Positions 9,815 to 22,755 of a DNA stretch of 64,000 bases are shown here, piece after piece. Below the pieces are notes generated by a model. That model was not told the DNA's origin. It did not search any database and worked only from the letters and a program-made list of their open reading frames with translations. How positions within the stretch are numbered: position 1 is the stretch's first letter; every line of letters starts with the position of its first letter. The stretch is from positions 402,380,001 through 402,444,000 of the forward strand of contig OZ024740.1 in assembly GCA_964016885.1 (NCBI GenBank), read 5' to 3'. Position numbers and translations under genes: made by a program. Source of the stretch: Eledone cirrhosa (Eukaryota).

Positions 9815-10745
9815 TAGCAGTGGTACCCGGCGTTGCACGAGATAAGGTATTTTGGAACGCCGGCCGCCAACAGACCTAATCGTGGAAAAACTGCATGCCT
9901 GGACAATATGTAAAGAAAATAAACCGACTACTCTGATGGCTGGATAATCTTTAAGATTTTCCGCGATGAAGCAGAAAAAATGCAGGTTTTCACCTAGGGG
10001 ATCATAAAATAATTTTTTTTATGTGCATAATATGCCTTGAAATTTCAGGGAAAATGGGCTAGACGTAACACCTCTAAAAAGCCATAAGAAGCTGAAAAAA
10101 CTGAGGTTTTTCACCCAATGCCGCCCCTAGGCCATAAACAAGTTAGATTTTCTTTGATGACGGTATGAAGAAGAGACTGACTAATACATAGTTACAATTT
10201 CAAGGAAATCGGTCTGACGTAACGCCTAAAAAAAACCTAAAAAGCTTTAAAAACACAGTTTTTCACTTAATGTGGGCCCTAGGATATCAAAAAGTTGAAT
10301 TTGTTATGTGCATAACACTCCCGGATACATAAGTAATACACATGTACAGTTTGAAAAAAATCGGTTGGGAACTTCTCGAGTTTTAGGGATTCAAACTCAC
10401 AGACACACACACACAGAAACACACACACATACAGACAGACATCCTCAGGGAAGTGACGTAATGCAGACAGCCAGACATACAGACAGATATTATAAGGGCG
10501 CGATGTTATATGTATGTATCTATCTAAAAAGAGAAAGACTAAGAATTATAGACAGAGCTCGCTAAATCGCCTAATGCGGTCCCTAGGGCATTGAACATTT
10601 GAAATTTGTTTTTGTTCAGAACACTCCTTGAAACATAAGTATTACACGTGTAAAGGTTAAAAACAGTCGGTTGGGTGCTTCTCGAGTTTTATGGATTCAA
10701 AATCACACACACGAAGACATACATCCTCATTTATATATATATAGA
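9814..10745 (-). mobile_element. Non-autonomous Helitron, both termini present
   Basis: Minus strand starts A|TCTATATATATA and ends CTCGTGCAACGCCGGG hairpin-TACCACTG-CTAG|T. This gives 5'-TC, a 3' hairpin plus CTAG, and A|T insertion without a TSD. Internal sub-repeats and an (ACAG)n tract are present. Confidence 0.85.
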
Positions 10746-10757
10746 TATGATAATAGA

Positions 10758-10786
10758 AATCGTAAGATTACAAATATGAATTCAGG

Positions 10787-10822
<36 letters not shown>

Positions 10823-10851
10823 CCTCAATTCATATTTGTAATCTTACGATT
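10758..10851. repeat. Palindrome centred on (TA)n
   Basis: AATCGTAAGATTACAAATATGAATTcAGGTATG-(TA)n-CATACCTcAATTCATATTTGTAATCTTACGATT. Confidence 0.92.
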
Positions 10852-11034
10852 ATATATCTATACACGCACATATATGCAAGTGCCAGTAATAGTGAATGTA
10901 TGTGAACATTTATGCATTTATATATATATATATATATGTGTGTGCGTGTGTGTGTGCGTATGAATATATATATATTTATATATGTGTGTGTGTGAATATA
11001 TATATATATTCATATATATATGTGTGTGTGTGTG

Positions 11035-11088
<54 letters not shown>

Positions 11089-11271
11089 CACACACACACA
11101 CACACACCCACACCCACATATATATAAATATATATATTCACATACATACATATATATATATATATATGTGTATGAATGAAGTAATTCCGTCGGAAAGGTA
11201 CAGGAAAAAAGAGTGCTCTCTGTAGGCTACAGAGCTTATTAGTTATGTAATAAACAACATAAGATAATTAT

Positions 11272-11332
11272 TTCATTTACCAGTGGTTTCTTGAAAGCAG
11301 ATATTGTATCTGTTTTCAGTCGTCAGAATGAA
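11272..11332 (-). ncRNA. Type I hammerhead ribozyme
   Basis: Minus strand: TTCATT-CTGACGA-c-TGAAA-a-CAGATA-caa-TATCTG-c-TTTCA-a-GAAA-CC-act-GG-TA-AATGAA. Helix I is 6 bp and the triplet is GTA; 10.1-11.1 is a C.A mismatch. Confidence 0.75.
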
Positions 11333-11335
11333 TCA

Positions 11336-11395
11336 TTTATTCTGACGACTGAAACCAGATACAATATCTGCTTTCAAGGACCACTGGTAAATGAA
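11336..11395 (+). ncRNA. Mirror hammerhead copy with damaged core
   Basis: Same fold, but GAAA is changed to GGA. Confidence 0.5.
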
Positions 11396-11489
11396 ATAAT
11401 TATCTTATGTTGTTTATTACATAACTAATAAGCTGGCACTTTCATATATGTGCGTGTATAGATATACATATATCGATGTATATTAAAGC

Positions 11490-12285
11490 ACGTGAAATTT
11501 TCGGTATAGTACTGGAGCGGGTTAGACTATTCGATGTGACAAATAAGTGTAGTCAAATGATCAGTCGAGGGTAAAAGAGAAAAACAAAATCACCAATTTG
11601 AGAAAAGATATTTAGATTAATAAATGGCATATATTCTCATGTAGAAAGATAACTTCATAGTGTATTTTCAGTTATTGGCGTCTGGTTTAAAATATTTAGT
11701 ATGAATGAGAAGTTCAGCTTTAGCAAGGTTTCTTTTTAAAACCTGAGTATATGATAACATTTTCGATTTGATATTGAAAGATATGTTGGAAAACTTAAAA
11801 GTCTCTAAGGGGACAGTGAATTAACAGAATTTCTATTAGCGTTATGACATGGATGTGTATGTGTTGATTAGAACTTCTTTTCACAGAGATGGTAATTAAG
11901 CTAATATAAGTGGTTGATTTAGATTTAACTGTACCACTATAGACGACTTCTTTTGTCTCTCAATATTTCGGGAATTGACATGAATTAGTATTGGTACAGT
12001 TTTGATTTAGAGAGTTTCAGGATTAGGTTAGGCTTTCAAACGTGAAACAGAAGTAGATCTACAAATTTTATATATTATTTTGGCTTAAAAGTTTTGTGTA
12101 TTCATAGAATAGAGAGTAGTGTATATGTAAGTAGTTTAATAAATGCTTCAGTATGGAATAATTATGTGCAGATTCAATGGTGGACTACATTAATAACTGA
12201 CATTGTTTAGTGGATTGTATACACGTGTGAGTGGGATATATTTTACTTCTTTGTTACATTATGATGTTTCACAAAATATTTGTTA
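11490..12285 (-). mobile_element. Decayed Penelope-like retroelement 3' region (linker + GIY-YIG endonuclease)
   Basis: Manual translation of the minus strand gives SPPLNLHI..EAFIKLL..KLLSQNN, then CQFPKY*ETKEVVYSGTVKSKSTTYISLITISVKRSSNQH. This matches the PLE C..C...VVY..YIG.T...K.R...H pattern, with many stops and frameshifts. Confidence 0.6.
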
Positions 12286-12399
12286 ATAAAGAGATAGTAA
12301 GAACGATACAAGGAAATGATATGGTTTGCAAGATTTCACAATTTTACAAAAATCTCTATATGCATTGTAGTATTCATATATTTGAAATAATAGAAAAAT

Positions 12400-12950
12400 G
12401 AGATACCCCATCACTAGCATAGCTGTTAAGAGAGAAAACTGCTGACAACGACAGTGATGGGCAAATGTGACTCCGAGGACATAGACCAGCGGTCGGTGGT
12501 CGGCTGAAAGACAACCCATAAGATGAGATATAGAACAGATTGACGCATAGAAATGACTGGAAGAAGGAAATAAAGAAAAGAAATTTACAAGACACGATCA
12601 CACACACATATCTTCCCACTGATCATCTTTCAAACCTGCAAAATAGTTTCGCGCGATCTAATTCAGATTAACATTATAAAATGATGGATCGTGCAATAGA
12701 AACAAATATTTCTGCAGGTATGATGTGTGTGTGATGATAAAAACATAACAGAGAGAAGGTCAAAAGAAGACAAAGAAAAGAAAATAACGGGATAGTGGAC
12801 CTGAAGCTGTGGGCAGGCTCTCTCTCTCTCTCTCCCTGCCGACCACTGGCCACTGGTGTGTCTTCTCTGAAGCCTTTTTGCGCATCGTTATCATTGCCAG
12901 CATTTAGCTGTTTTAACAGCTGTTCTAGCGATCATTTTTTGCATTTTTCT
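12400..12950. repeat. Old inverted pair of the unclassified repeat (12400-12576 minus, 12841-12950 plus) around a central imperfect hairpin (~12596-12736)
   Basis: Similarity to 4487-4712; central ACCTGCAAAATA/TATTTCTGCAGGT and ATCACACACACA/TGTGTGTGTGAT pairs. Confidence 0.5.
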
Positions 12951-12953
12951 ATG

Positions 12954-14290
<1,337 letters not shown>

Positions 14291-14370
14291 GTAAAATGTA
14301 AACCAATAATGCAAACGACACAATACAATGAAGAAAAATATTAGTTTAACGCTTGAAATAATAGGAAAAT

Positions 14371-14410
14371 TACCTCAACGATTCGGACACTAGTCCTTCA
14401 TCAGAAGATA
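14371..14410 (-). ncRNA. Minimal Penelope-type hammerhead variant, one core substitution
   Basis: Minus strand: TATCTT-CTGATGA-a-GGAC-tagt-GTCC-GAAT-CG-TT-GAGGTA. Helix I is 6 bp (2 G.U); the expected palindromic GAAACGTT reads GAATCGTT. Confidence 0.65.
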
Positions 14411-14511
14411 GAATGAGAAATAAAAGATGAAATGGAATGATACAGAGTGAGAAGAAGAAGGAACCGAAAGAAAATTGAGAAAAAATGACAAAAAAACACA
14501 CATGCGTATTC

Positions 14512-14612
14512 AGAGGTTAACTTTGCCTTTGATCCTTATGCGGTCGATAAAATAAAGTACCAGTAATGTACTGGGTATTTGCTGGCCTCGTACCAAATGT
14601 AGAAGCCATTAT
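14512..14612 (+). mobile_element. 5'-truncated SINE copy
   Basis: GAGGTTAACTTTGCCTTTGATCCTTATGCGGTCGATAAAATAAAGTACCAG. Confidence 0.85.
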
Positions 14613-16544
14613 AGATAGTCCGAATGAGAGAGAGGGTGTGTGTGAGGGAGAGAGAGGGGGAGAGAGAGTGATCACTCACATGACGATTGTTTGATGCAAT
14701 CGCCTGTAAGTAGAGTATCGAACATTTTTAATTGTATCTTTTACTATTTTAATATTATGTTGTTAGTTTAAGAGGACTGTTTCATACACACACACACAAA
14801 TAAAGATTTAGGAGAATTTCGGGCCTGCTAAATGTAAAAACAAATTTAAAATATCTATCCATACATATTACTTAGAAGTTCTAATCCATGTGTGACTTCA
14901 AGTTTCTTGATTAATATTGGTATAGCATTTTCCTGTTTCCTAGATGTATTACGGACATAAATATGGATGAAAGTTTAAATGGTTCCCTCCGTATCTATGT
15001 GGTTCTATAGGCTAACCCCTAGCCTAGTCACTTTCGCATGTCTCTTTTAATATGGTGACATGTTGACTAACGCTTTAGAGTGAAATCGAGTAAACACATA
15101 CTCTGTGGAAGCCTATCGAATGGACTTTACCTGTAATCCAAATGTCCAACTTGTTTACACACTATTGTGGTTATTCTACTTAAGGTTTATTTCAAATGTG
15201 CAATTGGCTGTGGACAACCGTTAATTAAACCATAATTTACAAGTTAATTTAACGAGCCGGTTATTCCGACCATCGAACAATCCATAACGTGGTTTGCCAA
15301 CTCAATACGTATTTTACTTCTGTACAGTGCTGATGCTCTCTAAATATTCTTGAATTTGATAAAAGCAATTTTACTGCTACCGAAATCTGCAATATTGTTA
15401 GAAACCACCATTTTAGAGTCGGCAAATGGCATCTTTCTTCACGCGTATTTAAATAGCAGCAAGCAGGTGTCTTTTATACATAAACCGGATCACAGTGTTA
15501 CTTCCATGAGAAGAAACTCTGAAAATATCCGTAATGAGGACATATGAGCCTATTATTTTTCAACTGCACGAAAACGCAATCGCTAATCATCTGTAGGAAT
15601 CGGTCCTGCAAAGCCTCAGAAGCAACAAGCCTTTAAATTCGTTATATTTGTTATTCTCATAGCTATATAAGTCCATTTAAATGAAAGAAAATAATTCATC
15701 ATTAACCAAACTCTTTACAAAGATGAAGTAATGCTTATGCTGATGTTCTGAAGACATATATTGGTGGGTATTTGTGTTACACAGAGAAACATCAAAGTTC
15801 GCATGTATGGAGAACATCACGCGGTTGTTTGGAAAAGAATTACTCACAAACACGCTAGAAAATTATGTTTTGCTGTTTCATTTCCTATAGCCACAAAGCT
15901 CACTGCATCGTTAACACAATTGTGAGAAGACATGATTATTGTGAGAAGACCTAATAAAGGATTTAATATTGCAAACGATGTCAAGTCATATTTTATCAAT
16001 GACACTATAAACATCGAACAACAAACTATGGTATTTTAAAAATAAAGTTGAAGAAATGTAAGCTGCTAATCAACTGATGGAGTGCAGTTTATTGAATATT
16101 TTTTATTTTGGCAATTTTACTTAATTTTACTGATGTTTATATTTTTGTTGATTCATAGCTTCTTGAGTAAAAACGTATTTTACAATATATATCAGCAATA
16201 GGAATAAGATATTGAATTATTTACATATGATATATCATTAGGAATCTGCTTTCAACTACTAGCTTTTTCGTTTATTCATTTTTAAATTGCAGGCGTTATA
16301 TAATTGTTTTGTCATAATATGATTTTTGCTTATAGTTTGCTTTACTTTCTTAAAATTTAGTTTTCTATGTAACATAGGTATTAATATATAATAAAGGAAG
16401 GAAATTAAAGAGAAAAATTCAGAAAGAAACATAAAGAAGCTCAATCAAGATATAACAGATGAATGGAATACAAATATATAATGCAACTTTACTAAAGATC
16501 AACGCATGTTGAACTTTTTTTGCCAGGTTCCAATTCCATGTTTT

Positions 16545-17045
16545 TAACAATTTTATTTCAGTTTAAATTTCCGTTTAAATGAATTCTTTAACATGAAGAA
16601 CTGCAAATGTTGGCGGCCTTATAGACCCATGAGAAACAGTGGCTCTCTATTAAGCGCAATGTTTAGTGTGTTGTAATATCAACATTATCAGTCCTTATGT
16701 GTGTGGTGCAGCAGCAGTCAATGGTAAATGTTATAGAAACAAAAGTAAACAGATGTGGATTCATGCTATATTGCAAGCAATAAAATAGTACTTTAAAAAC
16801 AACATTTTTGAAACTCATAAATTCCAAGATTTCAGAACACAATTCGACCGATTACTATCCCGATTTGTCTGCCCTAGCCTTTTTTTTTTTTGAGACGATA
16901 CCTAGAGTTGATGCTACATCTCAATATGACAGGGACCATACAACAGCTCAAGAAAACAGCGCCGTACACCACAGATTTTGAAAGCTGTCATCGAACATAC
17001 CCAACGAATAGCTCAGATCTGTGAAGCAGGCAGGTTGAGGATTGG
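16545..17045 (+). mobile_element. Decayed Tc1/mariner-superfamily transposase fragment
   Basis: Manual translation gives F.LNEF.N.KNC..W, IISPY..VNGKCY, and PDLSAL.FF..*.YL at ~16859-16905 (WPPRSPDLTPLDFFLWGYLK-type), then TIQQLK and AQICE. Heavily disrupted. Confidence 0.65.
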
Positions 17046-17073
17046 GTGTATGTTATATATATATATATATATG

Positions 17074-17113
<40 letters not shown>

Positions 17114-17284
17114 GGTGGCTGCAAACTCTGCTAAGAGTATTGCAATCGTTTGTCAGATTACAGAAAATGGTGCACTTTTAGGCTACCGCCTGCCACACGG
17201 ACATGTAACATATCCTGAACAAGCAATGCCTATGAGTTGAAGGTTTTTTTAAGTGGGTAAAGGCCTTGCACTCAAACAATCCGT

Positions 17285-17610
17285 TAAAATTCTCTTGACA
17301 GGTGCCAATACCAATATATTGAAGACACCAAGGAGGTGACTGAAAGGAATATGGGAAATATAAGGACTAAGAAGACAATTTTCATTAGCCGAATAAAACG
17401 GGAGTTATACCGAATAAAACTTTCCGAAATGCACGAGGAAGAATGGCTACTGTAATCACCCAGCGCATGCGCCATCGTTTTGCAAAGACATAGACCAGTT
17501 AGGGAAGAAAACTCTGAAAACTCAGATAGGTCACTTGTTTTCTCTTAGACTGTTTCCGCTTCACACCTGAAAAGAGGGTAGTAGCCCTGCAACATCATGC
17601 TAAAATACAC
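17285..17610 (+). mobile_element. Possible Penelope-like 3' end relic with decayed hammerhead
   Basis: KKTIFISRIKRELY resembles the GIY-YIG C-terminal KEAIFI...KPELN motif. It is followed by CTGAAAA-g-AGGG-tagtag-CCCT-GCAACATC at 17567-17596. Confidence 0.35.
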
Positions 17611-17763
17611 TAGGTAAAACATCACTTCGATTGGTTCTGTTCCATGTATCATTACTTGCTGTTCGCATTGTAGAGTCTTTGAAGAAAATTATCAGTCTTT
17701 TTCCACACATCTCACAATGACTTCTATTAACTACACTACTATCTTTCTCTCTCTATATCTCTC

Positions 17764-18345
<582 letters not shown>

Positions 18346-19249
18346 TTTGTATGTGAGTTTCAATACATATGTATGTGTGCCTGTAAAGAGAATGAGAGAC
18401 AGAGAGAGCGAAATGAATGTTAGAAGTTAAACATCTCTTTCAGTTAACAGATAAAATGTGGAATAGGTAGCTGTTCGTTTTATCATTTTCCCATTGAATA
18501 GAAAAATTTGCATAAACACTGATAATTTAACGTAAAAATGTTGGAATGTGCAGTTATCTCCAATAGTCTTTACTTATTTTCCAAAGTTTTACTGAAATGT
18601 ATATTTCTATATATTCCTCTAGTAGCTGTTTGTTAGTGTTCAGTTTCTATTGATTTCCTATAGTTTTAGACGGATGTATGACATTTTTATTTAGACAAGT
18701 TTTAATGAATATGTAACTTCAGTTTTTCTATATATTTTTGTTCAACATTTTCTTTCAATGATATTAAGTTCCTGTTTAAAATCTGCACTGACAAATATCT
18801 CGAAGTCAAATCTCATCACATACCAAAAAGTTTCATCAGAAGCAAAATAATAATAACAACAACAACAATAAAAATAACAACAACAATATCAACAACAATA
18901 AAAATAATAATAATAGTAATATTTTAGAACACGTTACTTATTCTATATGAGCAGCGAAGATTGTAAGAAATATAAGAAAAAAATGTCAATGAATATAACC
19001 ATGCAAAAATATATTTTACAAAATGATAATATATATTTGTTTCTCAATGTCACTTTCTTATTTTCAACTGGAATTTTAAAGATGTGCCTTTTTTGATTTG
19101 CAACATAATACTTTCGCTCAATGATAGCTCACATTGTTAACCTCACTTTACATATTTTTCTACATCATCGCCACCACCACCATAACCACCATCACCAATA
19201 ACAATGATATTAATATGTAAGGAAAGTTAATGAAGATAGAGATTGCCAC

Positions 19250-19965
19250 AATAGCAGAGAAGCAGATGAATGGGATAGAGAGTAAATAAAACTGTGAATA
19301 TGACAGGATGATCGGAGATATGATGAGATTCAGCGATTGAGAAAATTACTAGACCAACTGAAACAATATAATAATGAGAAGCTTGCCAACTAAATAAAAT
19401 TCAATGGCAAGACAGTAAAGCAAAAGGCAAACAAGTTCGACCATAATACAGGATATGTCCCATAACGTTTCTATTAGAAATAAATAACCAATGCAAATTT
19501 GTTGCTGAAGTAGTAGCTAAAGCAGTTGGCAACCAGACAGGTAAACCAAGAGCGAACAGAAAAATACCATGATGAAATAGACGAATAGAAAACAGCATAG
19601 AAATGCTTGGGGCGCGAAGTGAGCCAATTACAGTCTCTATTTGAGCTAAAGAAAAAAGTCACCAAAGCAATAGTGAGAATATGTAATATAAAAAAGATTA
19701 TAGTGGTTGTTATAACTGAAGCAACGAAAAACTAAGATAAATCTATACGAAAGTGAAATAGAACAATTCCATCCAAATAGGCGATTCCAGCAAAATAAGA
19801 GCAGGTGTTTTGAGAAACTGGAGAAAATAACCAACATAACAAGGAAATACCAGATACAGAGATGAACATATCGTTTTGGAGTGATATATGAAACAAGAAG
19901 TTAAGCCACAACGAGAAGGCGGAATGGCTCGAAATAGTAAAATAATTGAAGCAAGTAAAACATTA
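19250..19965 (+). mobile_element. Decayed R4/Dong-like (RLE) non-LTR retrotransposon, pre-RT region
   Basis: P**NRRIENSIEML, NRRFQQNK, FWSDI* (19874) and HNEKAEWL (19907) match the PW..RL / N..F..N / FW..IW / HN..A.WL motifs of this clade. Confidence 0.7.
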
Positions 19966-19979
19966 GGTTGATGTAATAA

Positions 19980-20120
19980 ATGTTTCTACTTTTGGCATAA
20001 GGTCAGTAATTATCCTAGTGCATAAATGGTACTTTATTTTATCTACCTCGTAAGGATGACAGGCAAAGTTAACCTCGGCGGCATTTGGACTCAGCTCATA
20101 AAGGGCCGTAACTCTATACT
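19980..20120 (-). mobile_element. SINE copy (partial)
   Basis: GTAAGGATGACAGGCAAAGTTAACCTCGGCGG core. Confidence 0.8.
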
Positions 20121-20136
20121 TTCATAAACGGCCGTA

Positions 20137-20343
20137 ATGGTTGTTTCTGATTTCAGCAAAAGGCAAATAATTTTGGGGGTGGGGGGATGTCGATTAAATC
20201 GAACCCAGTGCGTTACCGGTTATTTAGTTTGTCAAGCCCGTAAGGACGAAAGGCAAAGCTAACATCCGTTTATTTGAACTCAGAAATTAAAGGGCCGCAA
20301 AAACGTTGTCTTAGGCTCTACCAATACTGCAAATCTATCACCC
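20137..20343 (-). mobile_element. SINE copy, tandem to previous
   Basis: GTCGATTAAATCGAACCCAGTG...GAAAGGCAAAGCTAAC...ATTTGAACTCAG. Confidence 0.8.
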
Positions 20344-20504
20344 TTTTTTTTATGTAATAACTTCATTTGATGTAATAACTCCATGACGACCTGCATGGGT
20401 TCTGGTTGTAAAACGTTGAGACGTAGAGACAATTGACGGCCAACCCATTAAATACAATTCTGCAGAGCTGAAGTATCCCGAATTGGATGAATAAGGTGAG
20501 AATA

Positions 20505-20712
20505 ACTGTGATCATCATTATCATGATTATCACTTTGACCCGCAGTGTTGATGATTAATGCATCGGATTATTTAGTCATCTGTCAAGTCACAATAAAGAT
20601 CTCCGACAGATAACACTTTCGTTAAAGTGTGTGCACTACCAAGCAAGACTGATTTTTATATGACACCAATCTTGCATTGTAATCCAAACAGCTTTAAGAA
20701 GTCTTGATGTTT
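20505..20712 (-). mobile_element. RLE-type LINE 3' end (second family)
   Basis: Minus strand translates LKLFGLQCKIGVI*KSVLLGSAHTLTKVLSV (IQK..LLG.AH.LRK.L terminal motif), followed by a (GAT/AAT)n tail. Confidence 0.65.
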
Positions 20713-20714
20713 CT

Positions 20715-21062
20715 ATCTCAATTTTATTGCATGTTGTTACTACATTACCGAGCATAACTGTGTGCCTGAGTATGTGCTGTGTTGATTTTGGTGTTGTTAT
20801 ATCTATTGTAATGAGATGGTTCTTCGTAATATATGTACAGTGCCTACTAGTGCTATTTCCAATACGCTGCGTGCATCTGTAAATCTTGGGGTTTTGGTAT
20901 TGTTTCTCTGTGTGTGTTTTTATCATAAGGATTGTTTCTGTTTTCATCAACCACACTCGACTTATTTCTATCTCCAGATCTTTATATTTGGGTCCCATTC
21001 CTTATTTAAATCACAATGCATACAACGATGTTACAGAAATATGTTTTGTTTAATGAAAGCAA
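20715..21062 (-). mobile_element. RLE-type LINE 3' end with 3' UTR
   Basis: KYKDLEIEISRVWLMKTETI, then frameshifted IALVGTVHILRRTISL, the restriction-like endonuclease C-terminus. Confidence 0.75.
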
Positions 21063-21315
21063 GGTAAATAAAATAGAATAACAGAATTTCAGTATCAATC
21101 AAAATATAGATTAATTATGATATTTTCGACTCACCAGAAATACTTTCAATTATTTAGGAAGATACTGAAATTAAAATTTGACATTAATAATGTAATAACG
21201 TTAAATGTGACCGGTACATAGGTTCAACAGAAAATCCAAATCGTGATGCGGACGCAGGCTTCAATTGATTACTATCATTATCTCTCTCTAGAAATTTCTC
21301 TCTGTATCTTTCTCT

Positions 21316-21745
<430 letters not shown>

Positions 21746-21761
21746 TTTATTAATTTAATAT

Positions 21762-21811
21762 AGAAATGGCTTCTACAGGACTAGAAATGTTTCATTCGGG
21801 AGAAATCATCA
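21762..21811 (-). repeat. Solo, truncated copy of the 6521-6639 hammerhead-bearing arm
   Basis: AGAAATGGCTTCTACAGGACTAGAAaTGTTTCATTCGGGAGAAATCATC, 1 mismatch versus 6527-6575, embedded in (TA)n. Confidence 0.9.
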
Positions 21812-21961
21812 TATATATATTTATATATCTATATCCACAATTAAGATAAATCAAAATGAATTTAATCTAAATCAAAATTATGGGTGTCATGCCAGAAAGG
21901 CATGCGCCATATCACCCGTAAAATAAGCTCCAAGATTCTATGAATAGGTCCGAGCATTTTA

Positions 21962-22220
21962 TAACAACTAGAAATTGATTAACATATAAATAAACATATG
22001 AAACAATCACAGGGGATAATTTTTACAAGTGTGTAAGCACTATATTTCTTTAATGGAATATATACAGGGAAAATTAATCATATTATAAGGTATCTATTTC
22101 TGAAGTTCTAGTTAACTTTATTTAGTTACCTACCTAGCTATGTGTGCTTACACACTTGTAAAAATTATCCCCTGTGATTGTTTCATATGTTTATTTATAT
22201 GTTAATCAATTTCTAGTTGT

Positions 22221-22222
<2 letters not shown>
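21962..22222. repeat. Foldback inverted repeat, arms 21962-22040 / 22144-22222
   Basis: 79-bp arms appear perfectly complementary; 103-bp spacer; abuts (TA)n. Confidence 0.95.
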
Positions 22223-22270
<48 letters not shown>

Positions 22271-22361
22271 GGAGGTGAGTTTTATTGTAGTACAATATGT
22301 ATGTTGATTTAAAACTGAACTATCCACAAGTGTTTTTTAACCTTCATATCATGTCTTCCTG

Positions 22362-22428
22362 TTTTATCTGATGAAAACACAAATATTATTGCATGATGAT
22401 ATTTGTTTTTGAAATGCGCATAATAAAA
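22362..22428 (+). ncRNA. Type I hammerhead ribozyme
   Basis: TTTTAT-CTGATGA-AAAcACAAATATTAT-tgcatg-ATGATATTTGTtTTT-GAAA-TGCGCA-TA-ATAAAA. Helix I is 6 bp, helix II 14 bp, helix III is the palindrome ATGCGCAT, and the triplet is ATA. Predicted cut after 22422. Confidence 0.82.
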
Positions 22429-22457
22429 TATGGAACTCTTTTAACCATCTTTTGTTC

Positions 22458-22458
22458 T

Positions 22459-22557
<99 letters not shown>

Positions 22558-22559
22558 AA

Positions 22560-22648
<89 letters not shown>

Positions 22649-22658
22649 TATATATATT

Positions 22659-22692
<34 letters not shown>

Positions 22693-22755
22693 AATATATA
22701 TATATATAAATATATATATATACATATATATTTAAATATATATATATATATATAA
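22458..22755. repeat. (TA)n/(TG)n block
   Basis: Directly visible. Confidence 0.93.

Larger units (their letters stand above)
11233..11434. repeat. ~200-bp near-perfect palindrome made of two back-to-back hammerhead-bearing arms
   Basis: Arms are reverse-complementary from AGCTTATTAGTTATG to the centre at ~11334. Confidence 0.95.

Noticed and set aside
15560-16060. Possible hAT transposase relic
   Set aside because: Only vague motif resemblance (GICV..M.G..H); cannot be supported without a profile search.
20379-20420. CTC-CATGACGA...AAAACGTT-GAG decayed hammerhead
   Set aside because: Both core halves are altered and helix II is poor; too degenerate to support.
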